This document shows, in pieces, positions 51,401 through 60,725 of a stretch of DNA of 64,000 nucleotides. The DNA is from Macrostomum lignano (Eukaryota): NCBI GenBank assembly GCA_002269645.1, contig NIVC01003077.1, positions 29,949-93,948 of the forward strand, read 5' to 3'. How positions within the stretch are numbered: position 1 is the first letter of the stretch; the number at the start of each line of letters is the position of its first letter. A program made the translations under genes and the position numbers. The notes below the pieces were generated by a model, which saw only the letters and a program-made list of their open reading frames with translations, was not told the origin of the DNA and ran no database searches.

Positions 51401-54372
51401 TGCGGCACCTGCCAGGATGCTAGCAACAATGACAACAGCCTCAGCGTGAGACTCGATAGACAGCCTGAGGCGCCTCGGATCCTTGATCAGCTTCGCAGCG
51501 TCACCCAAGCTACCGGAAGCTCTCTTAGTTTCAGCGTCCGTTTCAATGGATATCCGGAACCAACACCTGTTTGGACGCTGAACGATGTGCCTATCAACGA
51601 AAGCGACAGTTCCGTGGTCGTGCGCACCAAACTGGGAGAGACTACTGTCAACGTGCCGAGTCTTAATGAAAAACATCAAGGAACCTGGAGCGTCCGAGTG
51701 GTCAACCAGAGCGGTCGAGCAGAGGATTCCGCGCGAGTCAGCGTCAAGAGTAAGCTAAAAATATCTATTTTTCTTTTTTAGTCAATGATCAACACTAAAA
51801 TTTACCACTAAATTAAAACAATTCCACCAGAATCAACATCCTCGGTTGCCGTCTCGGAGAAGCCGGCTGATCTGGCTCCGATTATCCAGCTGCCGCCGCT
51901 GTCGCAGATGGTCGTGCCAGGCACCAACGCTCGGTTCCACGCCGTGGTGACATCTGCAGCGTCCCGGCCGAGCGTACGATGGTGCCGCGATGGACGGCCG
52001 CTGGAACTGTCCGATCGATGCCGCGTATACGCTGAAGGCAGCGAGCACGTGCTCGAGATAGTTCAGGCGACTGCTGCCGACTGCGGCGAATATTCTCTGA
52101 AAGCGAGCTCCATCTACGGAGAGGCAGTGGCTACAGTCACACTAGCACTTTCTGGTAAGTTCAGACGAATTGGTGAGAGCTCTCTCATTTCAATATTGTT
52201 TTTAAATAGTAAAAAACAACGATATTTTCTGCTTATTTTAGCACCTGGTCCGAGTCCGCGCTTCCGAAGCGGCCCGCTGGACGTCACAGCCATTGAGGGC
52301 CAGGCAACTCGCCTGGAATGCTTCCTGGACCGAAGCGCTGGCGCCTGGGACCGAGTGCGCTGGCTAAAGAACCGCTCAGAAGAGCTAATCAGCACGGATC
52401 GAATCGAAGTGCAAGCTGACAAAGAGACTGGCCATTGCATGCTGCGGTTCAAGACCACGCTGCAGCAGGACTGTGCCGTCTACACCTGCCGAGCGGAAGG
52501 GCGTCACGGACTCGACGATGTCGAGTGCGCATTGCGCGTCCGCGCCGTCTCCTCTCAGCAGCAGCCGATGCCGACTCTGCCGCAGTTGGTGCTGAAACGG
52601 GTGCCGCAGTTCAGCGCTAAACTGAGGGACACAGCCGTCGACTTGGAGTCGACATTTAGCCTGGCGTGCTCTGTTAGCGGCCAGCCAAGGCCGATTGTTC
52701 GCTGGTACCACGCCGGCCGGCCAATCAACAGTGGCGGCAAGTTTGTAGTGAAAAATGTTGGCGACTTCCAGGAGCTGCTAGTGCTTAACTGCACCCAAGC
52801 CGAACTGGGAGAGTTCTCTGCTGTTGCATTCAACATGGCTGGAGAGGCTACCACTACCTGCAGGGTCATCGAGGCAGGTCAGTGACAAATTCGAAGATAA
52901 GGACTGTTTTAAAGGAAATACTATGTCTTCTCAGTTTAATCTTAGCTTATCAAATAAAGTGAACTATAATATTGCTCAAGAGTCGCAGCTAGCTCGATGT
53001 AAGAAATTGCTTGAACTCGAGTACTTGTAGATACTCAAGTGTGAGTAGGAGTTCAAGATTTTATGGATGAAGACTTTACTAAAGCAGATTTTAGATTTTA
53101 CTCAATGGCTGCTCAACTGCATGCAAATCTAGTGGAATTTAAAAAATTGAGCAATTACTGGTATTACGGAACAAATTTCAATTTGTACAAGCTACATGCG
53201 ACCTTTCGTATGGCCACAAGTTTATAATCGTACGTTTGTACGCTCGTAGCTATAAATAAACCGATTTTCTTTCCACAGAGCGCCCACCACCAATGGACGT
53301 CCGCATCCCGAAGTTCACACGCACCCTGTCCAGCCAGACAGTGGAGCAGGGCCAGACTGTATTGCTGATCGCCGAAGCCTCCGGCCAGCCATCACCAGCG
53401 TTCAAATGGGAGAAGGATGGCTTGGAGCTTCTCGACGACGATCCGTTCGTACCAGCTAGGGTCCAAGCCGAGTCGCCTGAACCAGGAAAAACCCGGCTGA
53501 CCATTCATGGCGTGACTCGAGCCGACGAGGGCCTCTATAGGGTGCTCGCGTTCAACACGTATGGCCGTACCAAACACTCGGCCTTCCTCTGGGTGGCCAA
53601 CGACTCCTCGTCAACTGCCAAGCGGGCTGTCGCTGCCGGCGCGGCCGAACCATCGGCTGAGTCAGCCAGTGCAACGCAGAACTCAGCTACGGACTACAGC
53701 AGCGAGCCGATGCGCATCGAGCAGCCGCTGCCGCGTATTTTGGAGATCGACGAAGGCGATTCGCTTCTACTAGAGACGAAAATCTTTGTTGCCGAAGGTC
53801 GCGCGATTGCCATGTGGACAAAGGGCAGTCGGGAGATCACGTACGGACCACGGCATAGAGTGACCCGGTCTGGAATGTCCTACTCGCTGGCCATCGACCG
53901 TGTGATGCTCTCAGACAGCGGCTGTTACACCCTCAGCCTCCAGACCGCCGACGACAAGTGTCAGACGCAGTGTAGAGTTGAGGTCAGCCCGAAACGGCGT
54001 GGTTCTCGTGCTTCCGCCTTGTTGTCCGCCACCGCGTCCGCTCGATCGTCGCGCTCGGCCAGCATCGACCAGCAGTCAACCATCAGCGAGGCGACCACTA
54101 CGGCTGGGATTGTGGAGGAGCTGCGACGCGAGTCCTTGGACGTCATGATCCAGAAAGAGATGGCACGCGATCGACGCCGTGAGTCGCAGATTGCCGCGGC
54201 CAGCGGAGGGGAGTTCGCTGGCATCGCCGGCCTCAGCATCATGGACGACACAAAGAGCGTCTCCGCGTTTGTCGACGAGGTGATGGGCCTTGCTATCACC
54301 ATGGCAACACTTGAGATGATGGACGACGGTCACAGCGACCCGAAGCGCTGTAAAATTATTTTTGACCATTGA
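1..54372 (+). CDS. Giant titin/twitchin/projectin-family muscle protein gene (multi-exon, 5' end outside window): Ig, acidic elastic region, Ig/FN3 repeats, Ser/Thr kinase, C-terminal Igs
   Basis: Dozens of I-set Ig motifs (P.F..PL, W.K.G, D.G.Y.C.A.N..G) and FN3 motifs (P.PP..., L.W..P..DGG.PI..Y.VE, Y.FRV.AEN..G) plus a kinase domain. Exons join through GT/AG sites with matching phases along the whole chain. Confidence 0.95.
544..1276. mobile_element. Foldback/MITE-like element: about 89-bp inverted repeats (544-632 and 1188-1276)
   Basis: CGTTTGCCAATGTAACG...TTGGTCCA and its reverse complement, about 5 mismatches in 89 bp. Confidence 0.7.
633..995 (-). mobile_element. tRNA-derived SINE nested in the foldback element
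   Basis: Minus-strand head GGGCCGTAGCCCAGCGGTCTAG (A-box-like) and GGCTCGATTCC (B-box-like); AATAAAAAAA tail; flanks CAATTTGGTCCA (621-632) and CAATTTGGTTCA (996-1007). Confidence 0.6.
1526..1655 (+). CDS. Titin-like exon completing the Ig ([23 protein letters not shown])
   Basis: Acceptor CAG 1523-1525, donor GTGAGT 1656; phase 0 in, phase 1 out. Confidence 0.9.
2081..3893. repeat. Intronic 35-bp minisatellite (ACCATTGTCTGCCTCTAAAACCATAGACACAACCG), about 52 copies
   Basis: Direct 35-bp periodicity (e.g. 3421 and 3456); no unique spacers. Confidence 0.95.
4543..5547. repeat. Intronic 24-bp minisatellite (TTAGTAGGATCATTAGCAAGACCA, two related 12-mers), about 41 copies
   Basis: Direct periodicity; yields repeat ORFs LARPLVGS (+), ANDPTNGL and MILLMVLL (-). 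Confidence 0.95.
5634..8004 (+). CDS. Titin-like exon: about 5 Ig domains, acidic linker, start of next Ig
   Basis: Acceptor TTTCAG 5628-5633, ORF 5651-8008, donor GTAAGT 8005 (phase 2). Confidence 0.9.
8169..8392 (+). CDS. Titin-like exon completing an Ig ([16 protein letters not shown]...[11 protein letters not shown])
   Basis: Acceptor TTTTCAG 8162-8168 joins in phase 2; donor GTAATT 8393. Confidence 0.88.
8538..9981 (+). CDS. 5' part of the large elastic-region exon (one Ig, then E/A/Q-rich repeats), cut by the retrotransposon
   Basis: Acceptor TTATTAG 8531-8537; Ig motif [21 protein letters not shown]...[10 protein letters not shown]; 46-aa repeats begin at about 9520. Confidence 0.88.
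9982..13719 (+). CDS. Retrotransposon pol ORF (EN-RT-RNH), split by one apparent 1-bp deletion in the C5 run 11286-11290
   Basis: ORFs 8696-11380 and 11278-13719 overlap; adding one C gives ...[26 protein letters not shown]..., the usual pre-RT motif. Confidence 0.85.
9982..13811 (+). mobile_element. 5'-truncated non-LTR retrotransposon, LOA/R1 group (APE endonuclease + RT + RNase H + CCHC finger)
   Basis: Endonuclease motifs [33 protein letters not shown] motifs [37 protein letters not shown]. RNase H motifs [31 protein letters not shown]. Finger CPFC-x8-HH-x3-C. Tail (CAGTAGTAAG)2T. Flanked by AACCGGTTGATGC (9969-9981 and 13812-13824). No ORF1. Confidence 0.95.
13825..17446 (+). CDS. 3' part of the elastic-region exon (acidic repeats, start of an Ig)
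   Basis: ORF 13880-17461 continues the same repeat; [15 protein letters not shown]...LSVAWFQ; donor GTAAGC 17447. Confidence 0.88.
15132..16964 (+). repeat. Near-identical internal coding duplication: about 15132-15665 repeated at about 16431-16964 (offset 1299 bp)
   Basis: [19 protein letters not shown]...[17 protein letters not shown] occurs twice with few substitutions. Confidence 0.9.
17544..17712 (+). CDS. Titin-like exon completing an Ig ([11 protein letters not shown]...DSGVYKVKV)
   Basis: CAG 17541-17543, donor GTGAGT 17713; phase 0 in, phase 1 out. Confidence 0.85.
18998..19527 (+). CDS. Candidate alternative terminal exon: linker, divergent Ig, stop
   Basis: CTGAC then CTACCAG acceptor, phase 1 compatible; Ig-like core VVW...[12 protein letters not shown]...VQLSV; TAA 19525-19527; ATTAAA 19599-19604. 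Confidence 0.6.
19808..20008 (+). CDS. Titin-like linker exon ([11 protein letters not shown]...EVEK)
   Basis: CCCGCAG acceptor, GTAAGT donor 20009, phase 1-1. Confidence 0.8.
20150..20725 (+). CDS. Titin-like exon: linker plus Ig
   Basis: TTCACAG acceptor; [21 protein letters not shown]...TWLKDG; GTGAGT donor 20726. Confidence 0.87.
20835..21535 (+). CDS. Two titin-like exons (20835-20983 and 21084-21535) encoding two Igs
   Basis: [10 protein letters not shown]...; phase-2 intron 20984-21083; [10 protein letters not shown]...; donor GTGAGT 21536. Confidence 0.87.
21774..21856 (+). CDS. Candidate alternative terminal exon encoding a hydrophobic tail ([27 protein letters not shown])
   Basis: TTTCTAG acceptor 21767-21773 in phase with donor 21536; GC-rich island in an AT-rich intron; AATAAA 22061-22066. 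Confidence 0.5.
23436..25893 (+). CDS. Second acidic E/S/Q/T-rich elastic exon, with two apparent 1-bp frameshifts (about 23671-23674 and 25400-25401)
   Basis: TGTAG acceptor; ORFs 23495, 23698 and 25488 join if one G and one A are added in homopolymers; donor GTAAGA 25894. Confidence 0.78.
25986..26258 (+). CDS. Titin-like Ig exon
   Basis: [12 protein letters not shown]...HWLKD...DAAEYTL; phase 1-1 splice sites. Confidence 0.85.
26502..31659 (+). CDS. Exon of Ig-Ig-FN3-FN3 super-repeats, with five apparent 1-bp deletions and one TAA (28986-28988)
   Basis: ORFs 26501, 28108 and 29019; comparing repeat copies locates the indels; donor GTGAGT 31660. Confidence 0.88.
27389..30210 (+). repeat. 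Near-identical coding tandem duplication, 1146 bp / 382 aa (Ig-Ig-FN3-FN3), about 2.5 copies
   Basis: GAGTTCATCAAGCCTCTAGAAAAT starts at 27389, 28531 and 29676. Confidence 0.93.
31785..36114 (+). CDS. Four titin-like exons (31785-32378, 32463-32738, 32836-35646, 35734-36114): FN3 and Ig modules
   Basis: All phase-1 GT/AG junctions; canonical FN3 and Ig motifs. Confidence 0.9.
36326..45625 (+). CDS. Single 9.3-kb exon: Ig/FN3 modules, FN3-only run, about 570-aa unique insert, further FN3s
   Basis: Uninterrupted ORF 36334-45666; TGCAG acceptor; GTAAGT donor 45626. Confidence 0.92.
45717..49199 (+). CDS. Exon: short unique linker then about 11 FN3 domains
   Basis: TTCTAG acceptor, ORF 45824-49219, GTATGT donor 49200. 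Confidence 0.9.
49296..51749 (+). CDS. Ig, Ig, FN3, kinase, Ig region over four exons (49296-49586, 49683-50574, 50658-50799, 50885-51749)
   Basis: Kinase motifs [25 protein letters not shown]|[23 protein letters not shown]. The 142-bp exon 50658-50799 is absent from the ORF track but joins phase 2 to phase 0. Confidence 0.92.
51831..54372 (+). CDS. C-terminal Ig exons (51831-52154, 52242-52877, 53279-54372) and unique tail; the true last exon is uncertain
   Basis: Phase-1 junctions and Ig motifs; TGA 54370-54372, but a possible donor GTAAAA at 54351. Confidence 0.82.
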
Positions 54373-56252
54373 AAAACTAACACAATCGTTTTTGTCTTTC
54401 AAAGGTACAACGAGACCCATAATTTGCTAACTAAAAATTTGGTAAAATCACAGAAAAAAATAGCTTTAGCGAAATTTACCAAATTTACTTACTACTAACT
54501 GAACAAAATTTATAAAGAAAAGTATGCAAGGTCTCCGTTGTACAATCGCTAATTAGTGACTACTCAATCCCGACTTAGTCACAAATCAAACCGTGACAAA
54601 CTGTGACTCAACACGCCAATCTCGCCCCCGCTATTGTCTCGTGCTCATCAAGAGGAGAATCGTAATTGACTATAACTACTCAACTGCAGAAGGCACTAGC
54701 AAAAGTATAAATTGAATCTGAAAGAAGAAAATCAATCAAATCTTTCGCGTGTTTTTAAACGATCCATCCTTTTGATGTGCGACGACAACAATGCACAAAA
54801 ACTCGCACAAAACGTTTCTATTTTATTGATAATTTCTTCAATTGCCGTTTTTCGGCCTCCAACCAAGTTAACTTTATTTTTGCTATTTTTGTTTTACTTT
54901 CGAATTTAGTGTCGAACAAGAATTCGAAATTTAGCTAACCGTTATAAGTCAGAAAATCGCTAGGGTGTCAGGTGGTTCGCGTTTTTCTGGCTTTTCTCTT
55001 TAGCCGAACACTTCCTGCGTCAAAAAGTAATTTTTTGTGCGCAAAACTGACTCGTCCTACTTTAGTCTAACTGTCCAAACATCAGCGGGAGCTCTGCGGA
55101 GCTTTCGTCTACTGGCACGTCAAAAACTATTTCACTGACTTTAAACTACTACCGAATTTTTCTACTTGCCATCCAGGAAAGATTTCTGCCGATTATGTCA
55201 ACTAAATTTTAACAAAGTGCGCGTCGCTCTAAAAATGGAAATTTTACTCCCCTCCCTCGCATGCATATTCAAAATCGCTATTATTATCTAGACTAATGCT
55301 ACGAGCTATATGCCTTAGGCTTCCTCTACCTGTAGTTTTCTTACTCAACTAGTGCTCAAATCTGGCACCAATTTAAATTGTATACACTGCTCAGTTCGAT
55401 AAAAGATGCCAATTGGCCAAATTAGTCAAAACAGCTTCAGAAAACTTTTGACGAATCAGAATGCTTTTTAAATCAGAAAGATTAATTCTTTTTAATAACT
55501 TTGGCATTGATCGCATTGAGCAGTCTCGTTGCATGTCGAAGCACCCAATTTTTTACTTGATTCGTCCGTGAGTTCCAGTTCTGGTTAATAAATACTTGTT
55601 TTAACTCTGCGTCAGCTAAAGACTGATGACTGATCCAAAATGATCTAAACTATTATAATAATTAACACCATTTCCGAACTGTATTTGGCACTTGACCGGC
55701 AGTTCCATGGCAACTCTGGCTCCAAACTTAGCTATGAAAATGCCTGTCCAATAAGTGTCCAATGCGTTCGGGTGATAGCTTAGAAGACAAGCTTTTTGCA
55801 AAACTATCAGCTCTCGTTATGAAAGTTGGCAGGTACGTCAGCCGGATTATCTGCTGTGCGGATAATTCTGTTTTAAATTGACCGGAACTGGCCCAACTTC
55901 CGGCCGTCAGGCGCTTCGTATTTCCGGGATCAAATTGATAATCAGTTACTAGTTATTGGTTTAAATTTAAGCTAGCGCCGTTTTATTTACACCGCAGTAG
56001 AATTTCTCTATAATTAATTTAATCTCCTCTAGTTCACTCCAGACTTTTTAACTCAAATGATATACTCAAATATCCTGACAACTTTATTCGATTTTTTTAG
56101 TTTAAGCTGAAGCGCTCTACTATTAATTAAAATATATTATCTTTGACATAACATTAAAGGTCATTGCCCCTATCACTTGCCATCAAAGTCAGCGTTTTAG
56201 TGCGTTTTTTGCTTTTCATCATTTAAGACTGTACGAGCGTAGGTCAACGCTG

Positions 56253-57264
56253 CCTTTAACAGTAGAAAGACCATGGGGTGTATTTCAAATACACACATTT
56301 TCCTTTGTCTGTATCTCCAAAAATATTCAACCAACTGCCATGAAAATCCAGAACACGGGCTAAAATTTTCCGCTCTACGAGCGTATTCGATGGAGCAACT
56401 TCGAGAATCACGAAAAATCATCGGCGTAGTCGAGATATTTAACGATTCTCCTCGGGGTCTGGTGGCAAAAACTATTAACATTGGCAAAAATTTTCTGCTC
56501 ACAAAATCTCATCATGAAACCACGTTGGCTCAACAAACTATGCATATCAGTCGCAGGGACTTTTGCTATCAGCATCCCAGGCACTAGAGTCCCCTTTATC
56601 ACCGTCTGGAGCATCGGCGGTGACCGTCGGGACCTTCAACAAAAGCACCCGATCGGCATCTCAGAGACGGCTGCGTTCCCAAAACTGAAATGGAATAATC
56701 CTCTTCTGCATGCATCCAGTCAGTAGACAAAATCGGTGAATGAAAAGGACGATGGCGACCTTCTAGGCTGACCTGTAGACATACAGGCCACCTTCGGGAC
56801 CTTCAACGGAGTGCCACCACGCGGCCCCGACTAGCTGGCACCCCCAACATCGTGATCTGTTGCTCTCCAATTTAACATGGTGCAAAAGCATGCTCTAGAC
56901 GGTGATAAAGGGGACCCTGGTGCTTGGGATGCTGAGAACAGAGGCCTCTACGACAGATGGACCCAGATTATTGAGCCAATATGGATTCACCATAAAGGTT
57001 TATACAGTGTAGTGTTGGTTGTCCATGCCACCAGTGTCTTCGACAAGAATCGTTGAATATCTCGATGATGCTGATTTCGGATGACTTTGAAAGTTAGTTC
57101 GTCGGAAAGGGCGGAAAAGTTTGATCCATATGGTGGACTTTTACGAAAATCGGTAATTCGGTTTGCGAGCCATCGTGAAATGAGTCGTGTGCATTTGTAC
57201 GAGAATACACCCCCGTGGTCTATCCCCATGGGGAAAAATAGCGTGGTCTTTCTACTGTTAAAGG
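56253..57264. mobile_element. Putative non-autonomous DNA transposon with 21-bp inverted ends
   Basis: CCTTTAACAGTAGAAAGACCA (56253-56273) is the exact reverse complement of 57244-57264; no recognisable transposase inside. Confidence 0.5.
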
Positions 57265-57351
57265 GCCTTTACACCGTGGATGTTTGTAATCACTTGCTTA
57301 GGTATGTAATTTTTAATTTATAAAGTGCCCTAATAATCAACACAGTGCTTC

Positions 57352-57510
57352 ATACCCCACACAGTGCCCCATACCCTCATACCCACACGGTGCCCCATAC
57401 CCCACACGGTGCCCTATGTCCCCATACCCTATACGGTGCCCTATATCTCACACGGTGCCCCACACTGTGCCCCACACGGTGCCCCAAACGGTGCCCCACA
57501 CGGTGTCCTA
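57352..57510. repeat. Degenerate 12-bp tandem repeat (CCCCACACGGTG)
   Basis: Repeated CCCACACGGTGC / CCCCATAC units. Confidence 0.75.
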
Positions 57511-57957
57511 TACCTGACAGCGTCTTAGAATGGACCACTTTATGCACCCCAAGTTACACGCCATCGAAACAGTGATTTATTGCGCCCGAATACTAATTTT
57601 ATAACCCGAATACTGAAAAAGAGTAACAAACCGTGCGATTTGCTCGTAATATATATAAGCTACAGAGTAAAACATTAGCGTAAGATGCGAATAAGCTACG
57701 TTCAATAATATAAATTACATGGGTGAATACTGATAGCTAAAATAGTGGTTAGTAATCGTTCTTGGGTCTCTAAAGTTTATATAAGATTCATTTGCAAACA
57801 GGACGGTACTACGTATGCTATTACTAATATATAGCCAGTTAAATTTATAATAATTCGATTCTACTAAGCTCGTATTCGGAAGTAACGTCCTATTTTGCCT
57901 TCTTTTCGATCAATCTAAATTGAATTGTCAACTCGTATACAATTATAGAATTCAAAT

Positions 57958-59985
57958 TCAACTAATAGTGCAATCCGGATCAGACTGGGGATTTGAATCC
58001 CGATTTTGTCGCCCACCGTACAAAGAACGATACAAATCGGATGAACCGGCACCAAAGACTGCTGCACCAATACGAGCCGTACCACTGCCTGTACTGTCTG
58101 CACCGACTGCACCAAATGTCGGCGGCGTTGTCGGACGTTCCGGCAGTCGTGACTGCCATTCAAACCTAGCGTAATCGGTTCTATCCTCAACTCGTGCATC
58201 GATAGCTTTGGTCAGTTCAATCAACTTGGAGGAATCTTCCGGATCCAGCCGCTTGGACCGAAGCTTGTCTCTAATGAACTGATCCAAGTTGACGTCCTGG
58301 TGCAGGCCTTTCAAGCACCTGTGAGCACTCACGAGTTTGTAGGCCGTTTTCTGCAAAGCCATCTTCGCGTCCATTCCTAGGTGATACTTGAGACGCCTCG
58401 CAGCACCGCGCTGGTTTGTATTTTCTCCATACTTCTTGCTCACTTTGTCAATGGGAACAGATTCGTAGTATTCAAACTCCCTCTGTTCGGTGCTGGTGTT
58501 TCGGTGAAGTCTCCAGTAGCAGCCGCACTCTTTACAGTATCCATCACTGTTCATGGCACAGCACTTTGCTTTATCCTCGTTATTGGAATAGCCACAGTCT
58601 TCATGGCACGTACTTCGACACCTGATGCACCAAGTGATGCAGGACCGATCATCCCGACTTCTTTCTTCGATTCTGGTGCGCTTAATTCTAAAGTTGCTCT
58701 GTCCTGGGGACATTTGCTCTTCAAGCTGCTTGCTTGAGTTGTGTATGCTAAAAAGGTCCTCTATTTCCTTTGCCAATCTTTCTGCTTTCATCTCAAGTTC
58801 TTCAGCGCTTGTAGCGTCAATACCCTGTCGAAGCTTTGCACTTAAATCGCAGAGGTCGGTAGTTTGGCGACCAAACATGTTCAAAGAGGTGTCCATGCTG
58901 GTGTAGGTGAAGACGCTGTCTAAACTGCCGGCGTGATGAGCTTCAGCAAACTCGTCCGAAGTGCGATGATTCACAAAACTTTGTTGCATCCGCTGTGTGT
59001 ACTCGTTTACATGAGTGTCCAGGTCTCTATTGTATCCGTTCAGTGTCTCTCCGATTGAAATGTTCAACTCTGCCTCCCGGCTAATCTTGTCCAAAAGTTG
59101 CTCGGAATGTTCAAAGCCAGCCTTCAACGCTTGAAGGTACTGGCAGGCATCTTCCAGATGTTGCGTTTTTGTCATTGGGACTGAAGCTGGAACCGACGGG
59201 CAAAAGTAGCACAATGGAGTGAGATGGATTTCCATTGCTTGATTCGCATCCCTCGAATCCAAGGATTTAAAATACTCTAAAACATCCGGTGGCTCTCTCA
59301 TTGTCTTCCTTGGCTGCTTGAAGTCTGTGTGACACTCGATCTGATAACTGCCAGAACTTGAAGAGCGGTTCGGCAAGCCAAACTGAGCGAACGATCTGGC
59401 AGACTGCCCAGCATCTCTGATCCACTGTTCCACCTTCCAATCTACCAGTTCATGACAGTCAGATGTTGCTCGCTCGAAGAAGCTGGACGCATTGGACCAG
59501 CCTTTGCAGACAATGAACGCCTTGCCTCCGTACCTGATTCCTGTCACAACGTGCGTTGCACCAATGCTTAGTAACTTCTTCTCATTGTCTACAGGCTCGT
59601 TGCAGTACTGAAGCTCCTCAAACGCACTCTTCACGTCGTACTGCAAAGTGACGCTTCCACTGGTCTCGGTGGAGCTTGCCTCGGTGACGTATTTTGCTGA
59701 TCCTGTCATTGTCTTCTCGTACACTGTCCACCACAACGCTTTGAACTCAATGCAAAATCTCAGCTGGGCGTTCAGCCCCAGCTGCTCCGCTCGGCGTTTC
59801 GAGCTGTACTCGTAGTCCAGAGAAAACCTCACGCTGGGCGCATCATCCAGCCGAGTCGTCATTTTCCGAATTCGATCAGATGGCCAGGCCGACTGTGCAA
59901 TGATCCGGTGCTGTCGGATGTCGTACAGCTGTCCGAGCTGAAACGGCCGGCCCAGAGACAGGATGCACTCCGGTTGAGTTTGCAT
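57958..59985 (-). CDS. Stonustoxin/neoverrucotoxin-like MACPF/CDC protein (675 aa) with a Cys/His-rich C-terminal module
   Basis: LGRPFQLGQLYD, GSAKYV, VTLQY and ATHVVTGIRYGGKAF match the stonustoxin N-terminal signature I recall (LGRPFTLGMLYD, GSAKY, ATHVVTSILYGANAF); intact single-exon ORF. Confidence 0.82.
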   Translation of the reverse strand: MQTQPECILSLGRPFQLGQLYDIRQHRIIAQSAWPSDRIRKMTTRLDDAPSVRFSLDYEYSSKRRAEQLGLNAQLRFCIEFKALWWTVYEKTMTGSAKYVTEASSTETSGSVTLQYDVKSAFEELQYCNEPVDNEKKLLSIGATHVVTGIRYGGKAFIVCKGWSNASSFFERATSDCHELVDWKVEQWIRDAGQSARSFAQFGLPNRSSSSGSYQIECHTDFKQPRKTMREPPDVLEYFKSLDSRDANQAMEIHLTPLCYFCPSVPASVPMTKTQHLEDACQYLQALKAGFEHSEQLLDKISREAELNISIGETLNGYNRDLDTHVNEYTQRMQQSFVNHRTSDEFAEAHHAGSLDSVFTYTSMDTSLNMFGRQTTDLCDLSAKLRQGIDATSAEELEMKAERLAKEIEDLFSIHNSSKQLEEQMSPGQSNFRIKRTRIEERSRDDRSCITWCIRCRSTCHEDCGYSNNEDKAKCCAMNSDGYCKECGCYWRLHRNTSTEQREFEYYESVPIDKVSKKYGENTNQRGAARRLKYHLGMDAKMALQKTAYKLVSAHRCLKGLHQDVNLDQFIRDKLRSKRLDPEDSSKLIELTKAIDARVEDRTDYARFEWQSRLPERPTTPPTFGAVGADSTGSGTARIGAAVFGAGSSDLYRSLYGGRQNRDSNPQSDPDCTIS

Positions 59986-60459
59986 GTTGAAGTCGTTCGT
60001 CAGGATTGTGCTGAAATGTTTGGCCGATGGTTGTTAGAGCGAGTTCCGCCATTTAATAAGCCTACTAGCAACTTCTCCAATAAGGGTCAATGTTTTATCT
60101 CGAGAGTACTAAAATTATACTAAGAAGAAGATACAAGCTATCGACTGCCGCTGATATGATTCCTAGTGCACTAATCCAAAAAAAGAAGAAAAACATTTTT
60201 TGTTTAACAATCCGTATTTTTTTATTAACTTTTATTGAAAAAAAAGAAGCTGGATTACATACTTAAGGTTTAGTGACAGCGAACAAAATATGCCTGTTTC
60301 ATATTCATAAATATTTTAATAGTACTCGTACTATGTAAAGATTTTGTTACTAGAACTGAGAGTATATATTACGAGTACAATGAGAAATCGTATTTATAGT
60401 ACTTTTACCAATCTGATTCCAATTAACATTTAATTAGAGTGTATTTTACGACTATTAGT

Positions 60460-60520
60460 AATAATAATAATATTAATGATAATAGCAATAATAGTAATAA
60501 TAATAATAATTATTATTATT
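60460..60520. repeat. (TAA)n/(ATT)n microsatellite, possibly the SINE tail
   Basis: AATAATAATA...ATAATAATTATTATTATT. Confidence 0.7.
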
Positions 60521-60663
60521 TTAATTGATACCACCTACCTAGATGTGCAACCGACAGCTCAGCCGCAGCTATTGCGCGGCGCATCTGAAGGCTGCGTACG
60601 GCTGTTCAGTTCAAGGGCTGGGGGTCGCCACACACACCCTCAATTACCTCAGCTAATGCAGCA

Positions 60664-60725
60664 CCCATTTTACAGCTGGGAGAACTGAAGCAATGCAGAG
60701 TTAGGTGTCTTGCTCAAGGATACAA
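60664..60725 (-). mobile_element. CORE-SINE (MIR-like) core fragment
   Basis: CCCATTTTACAGCTGGGAGAACTGAAGCAATGCAGAGTTAGGTGTCTTGCTCAAGGATACA closely resembles the MIR core I recall (CCCATTTTACAGATGAGGAAACTGAGGCTCAGAGAGGTTAAGTGACTTGCCCAAGGTCACA). Confidence 0.6.

Noticed and set aside
5630-54420. Numerous 60-180 aa minus-strand ORFs opposite titin exons
   Set aside because: Expected antisense shadows of long coding exons, with no independent motifs
56197-57323. Short ORFs inside the TIR element as a transposase
   Set aside because: No DDE or other recognisable motif; short and mutually overlapping
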